64,000 nucleotides of DNA from Lama guanicoe (taxonomy: Eukaryota), in the NCBI GenBank assembly GCA_013239625.1, contig MU054187.1, positions 15,702,941-15,766,940 on the forward strand, in the 5' to 3' direction. Positions 61,131 to 64,000 of the stretch are shown piece by piece; within the stretch, counting starts at the first letter, position 1; every line of letters begins with the position of its first letter. Position numbers and translations under genes: made by a program. The notes below the pieces were generated by a model, which saw only the letters and a list, made by a program, of their open reading frames with translations, was not told the DNA's origin and made no database searches.

Positions 61131-64000
61131 GGGAAGAACATTTTCATTGGCCGTTGCCAGCTGAGTTTCTAGTGCAAACCTAAATCTGACGGAGGGCTGT
61201 CAGGAGTCATTTTTCCTTTTACTAAAGTTATCACTTCTCTAGCTGCTCAAATTATTTGTTGCTTTATTGGCTAGGAATTATGTAAATTGTTTTCTCCATA
61301 TGTTAAAAATGTAAGGATGATTGTTTTTCATATAAATTTTTAAACTTGTCCAAGCCTTGTAAACGGTGTAAAAGGTGGAAAGTGGGAATGTCACATGTCA
61401 CAATGTATCAGGGTAATGAGATGTCTGACAAAGACTCACAGACACACAGCCTGAAAAGCACGCCTTCGTATTCATGTTCTTGATAATTTCACGTTTCTAA
61501 TATAAGCAAAAAAAAAAAAGCCCCATTTCTTTCAATAGAATTGTGGGTCAACTCAAGGTAAGCCATTATTCTATAAAAACATTGTCCAGAAATAACCTAA
61601 TTAGGTCTTATAACCACATTTCTAAGGGCTACTGTTCTGTTATTATGTGTAAAATATAGGAACACTTCCCAATAAAGTGAAAATGAGGAAAACTGATATG
61701 AAATCTACAGGACTAAGCGAACAATTTTCCAGACAACAGAGTTATATATTTTGCATTATTCTTCTGAAGACCTATAGGCTTTGATTACTTGGCACTGCTT
61801 TTTTTTTCACCCTTCCTAGCAGAGCTGCAGATTTAATTTTATCGGTATGAGAAATATGAAGCTAGGGAATTTAATAATTGTTTCACTAGGTAAGGGATGA
61901 AGTAAATTCCATTGCCTTTCGTTTGATTACAATCTTCCCTGCTGGTTTAATTAAAAACATCCATGTGAGGAAGAAGAAACATGGGAGAGGATCTAATTGT
62001 TTTATTGTATTCGATGTAGAGTAGGAATGATGAAATAGAAAGGTTTATAGTTGTAAAACTTAAGTGTTTCATGTAAATCTAAAATGCAGACCCAGGTCAG
62101 CTATAGACAAATGTCAGTAGACGAGATTCAAAATGCACTGCAGGCAGAAAAGATGACATTTATCAGTCATCCATACATCAGTAAGTAAAACAATTTTAGG
62201 GTTGTCTAGACAGGCATCTATTATTTCTTAAATTTAAATCTTTAGTAGAAGGACAACAGCAGGCATAGTGTCTATATTTAGTTTCACAAGAAATGAGAGA
62301 AGGACCAGGAAAAATTTCAAAAATATTTGCAGGGATATATATGTAAAAAAGAGTTTCCTTTCTGTTGCTACATAGTGGAAGCAAATATATGACTAAATTA
62401 GCTTTCTCAGTTACCATGATCCAGACCTGAACAACTATACTAAATACTGATACACATAATTCAATTTTTCTGATTTGGAGAGAATTTTCCCATCCTGTTA
62501 TTTAAGGAAGGAATCTTTACTAACATTTTTACAAGCTTTTGTTCTTTTAAAAAATTGTTACTAAATTAGAAAATTGTTTTAATAACAATTTTGAAAATGG
62601 TAGCGTTAGGTAGCAGGATATTAAATGTGCTAGCACTGTAAAAATATCATCATCCAAAATCTGTTCCAAACACAAAATCAGCAAAAGACTGAGGAATTAT
62701 AAAAAACAGACAGAATGGAGGATAGTAGAGCTATAAATTAACTTTCCTTCTTCTAAGAGAGAAAAAAATGGATAAGTAATTTTATTTAAATTATACTTAA
62801 AACTATCAATTTAAAATGCAGTTTAGCAAACCTGATCTGTCACATAGCAGCTAACATATCAAAAAATTTCTAAATAGAAAGATTAGAAATATTTCATATT
62901 TTAGAAATCTGAAAAATTAAAAAAAAGAGAAATATAAAGAAACAATAACTTAGTGAAATAAATCTCAGCATATCAGTTTATGGACTATTTTGGAATTTTA
63001 TGCTTTTTTTTGCTATTTTCTTTTACTTTTTACTTGCAACTACAATTTCTAGTGGTATAATTTTATTATTGAATTATTTTTTCTAGTATTAATATATCTT
63101 TCTGGATATGTGTATATAGAATTCGCAAAATACAAATCTTCATCCCTGTCTGCCATGGAGAATCTGTAGGTTCTTCTACTTTTCACTGTTTGATTCTAAA
63201 AAGTTCTTTTTTTAATCTATATTCATTTTTTAAAGCAAGTTTATGATTTTCTAAGTCATTCTTCGTTGGGGTCCAATAATTTTTTAAAAAACTGTCAATG
63301 ATCTTGCTTTTCTAGCAATGATTTATTTAAATGTACTTTTTTTGTATAGTATTTTAATGCCATCTACTCACTGGCTTTCCAGGAAGTGCATTTTCACCCT
63401 CCCCCCTACACACACACACCAGATATACGTCTTTGTGATGAACATTATTGTGCTAAACATATTACATGGTGCAGACTACCTCAATCCACTGCTTCTAGAT
63501 CTTAGAGCCGTAAATCACAGCTTTTAAATATTTATAACAGTCCCTTGAACACTTAAGGGGGAAAGCCAAAGTAAAATTTTTCGTTTGCTCCTAGAATAAA
63601 AATGCTTGCACTAGTTAAAAAAAAAAATATTATAGTTTCTTTTTTTTTTTTTTAAGAAGTTAAATTACACTAAACAACCCTTCCATAAACCTTTGGAATG
63701 TCCACGTTTTTCCTCATTAATATTAATATAATTGCTAAGAAGCCGTTCCTTAACACAATTCAAGGATTTCTTTTTATCTTTTATTTTTGTTTGAACTGAA
63801 ATTCCCTTTGGCTTCCAGCGACAATCATCAAGCTCACTGTTTTCTTCAGACAAGAATTTAAGAGGCGATATCCACCCAAATACATAGCAAATCAAACAAA
63901 TCGATCTCCAATTTCGAATAAAGTATACGCTTTTCTGTCTATGATCAGATGCAACCTACAGTTGAAATGTATAAATTAAAGTTGGCTTAATACTCAGTGA

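Overview
AT-rich mammalian genomic DNA containing the complete coding part of the nuclear-receptor gene HNF4G (hepatocyte nuclear factor 4 gamma, NR2A2) on the + strand. I assembled ten coding exons by hand between 17563/17581 and 39461. All introns are GT-AG and the frame stays open: 456 aa from ATG 17581, 446 aa from ATG 17611 and 408 aa from ATG 20737. A ~2.4 kb 3'UTR probably ends at AATAAA 41852. The rest is intron or intergenic sequence with old eutherian repeats (MIR, L2, L1M, MER20, MER82, MER5, MLT1), a decayed L1 5'UTR+ORF1 at ~48-50 kb, and one young tRNA-derived SINE with a perfect 15-bp TSD that resembles the camelid Vic-1 family, so the genome is probably camel/alpaca/llama. Repeat subfamily names and cross-species residue comparisons come from memory and need checking by alignment. 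I found no convincing new biological system. The best leads are modest: stacked in-frame start codons, lineage-specific substitutions, and candidate HNF4/GATA/CDX autoregulatory elements.
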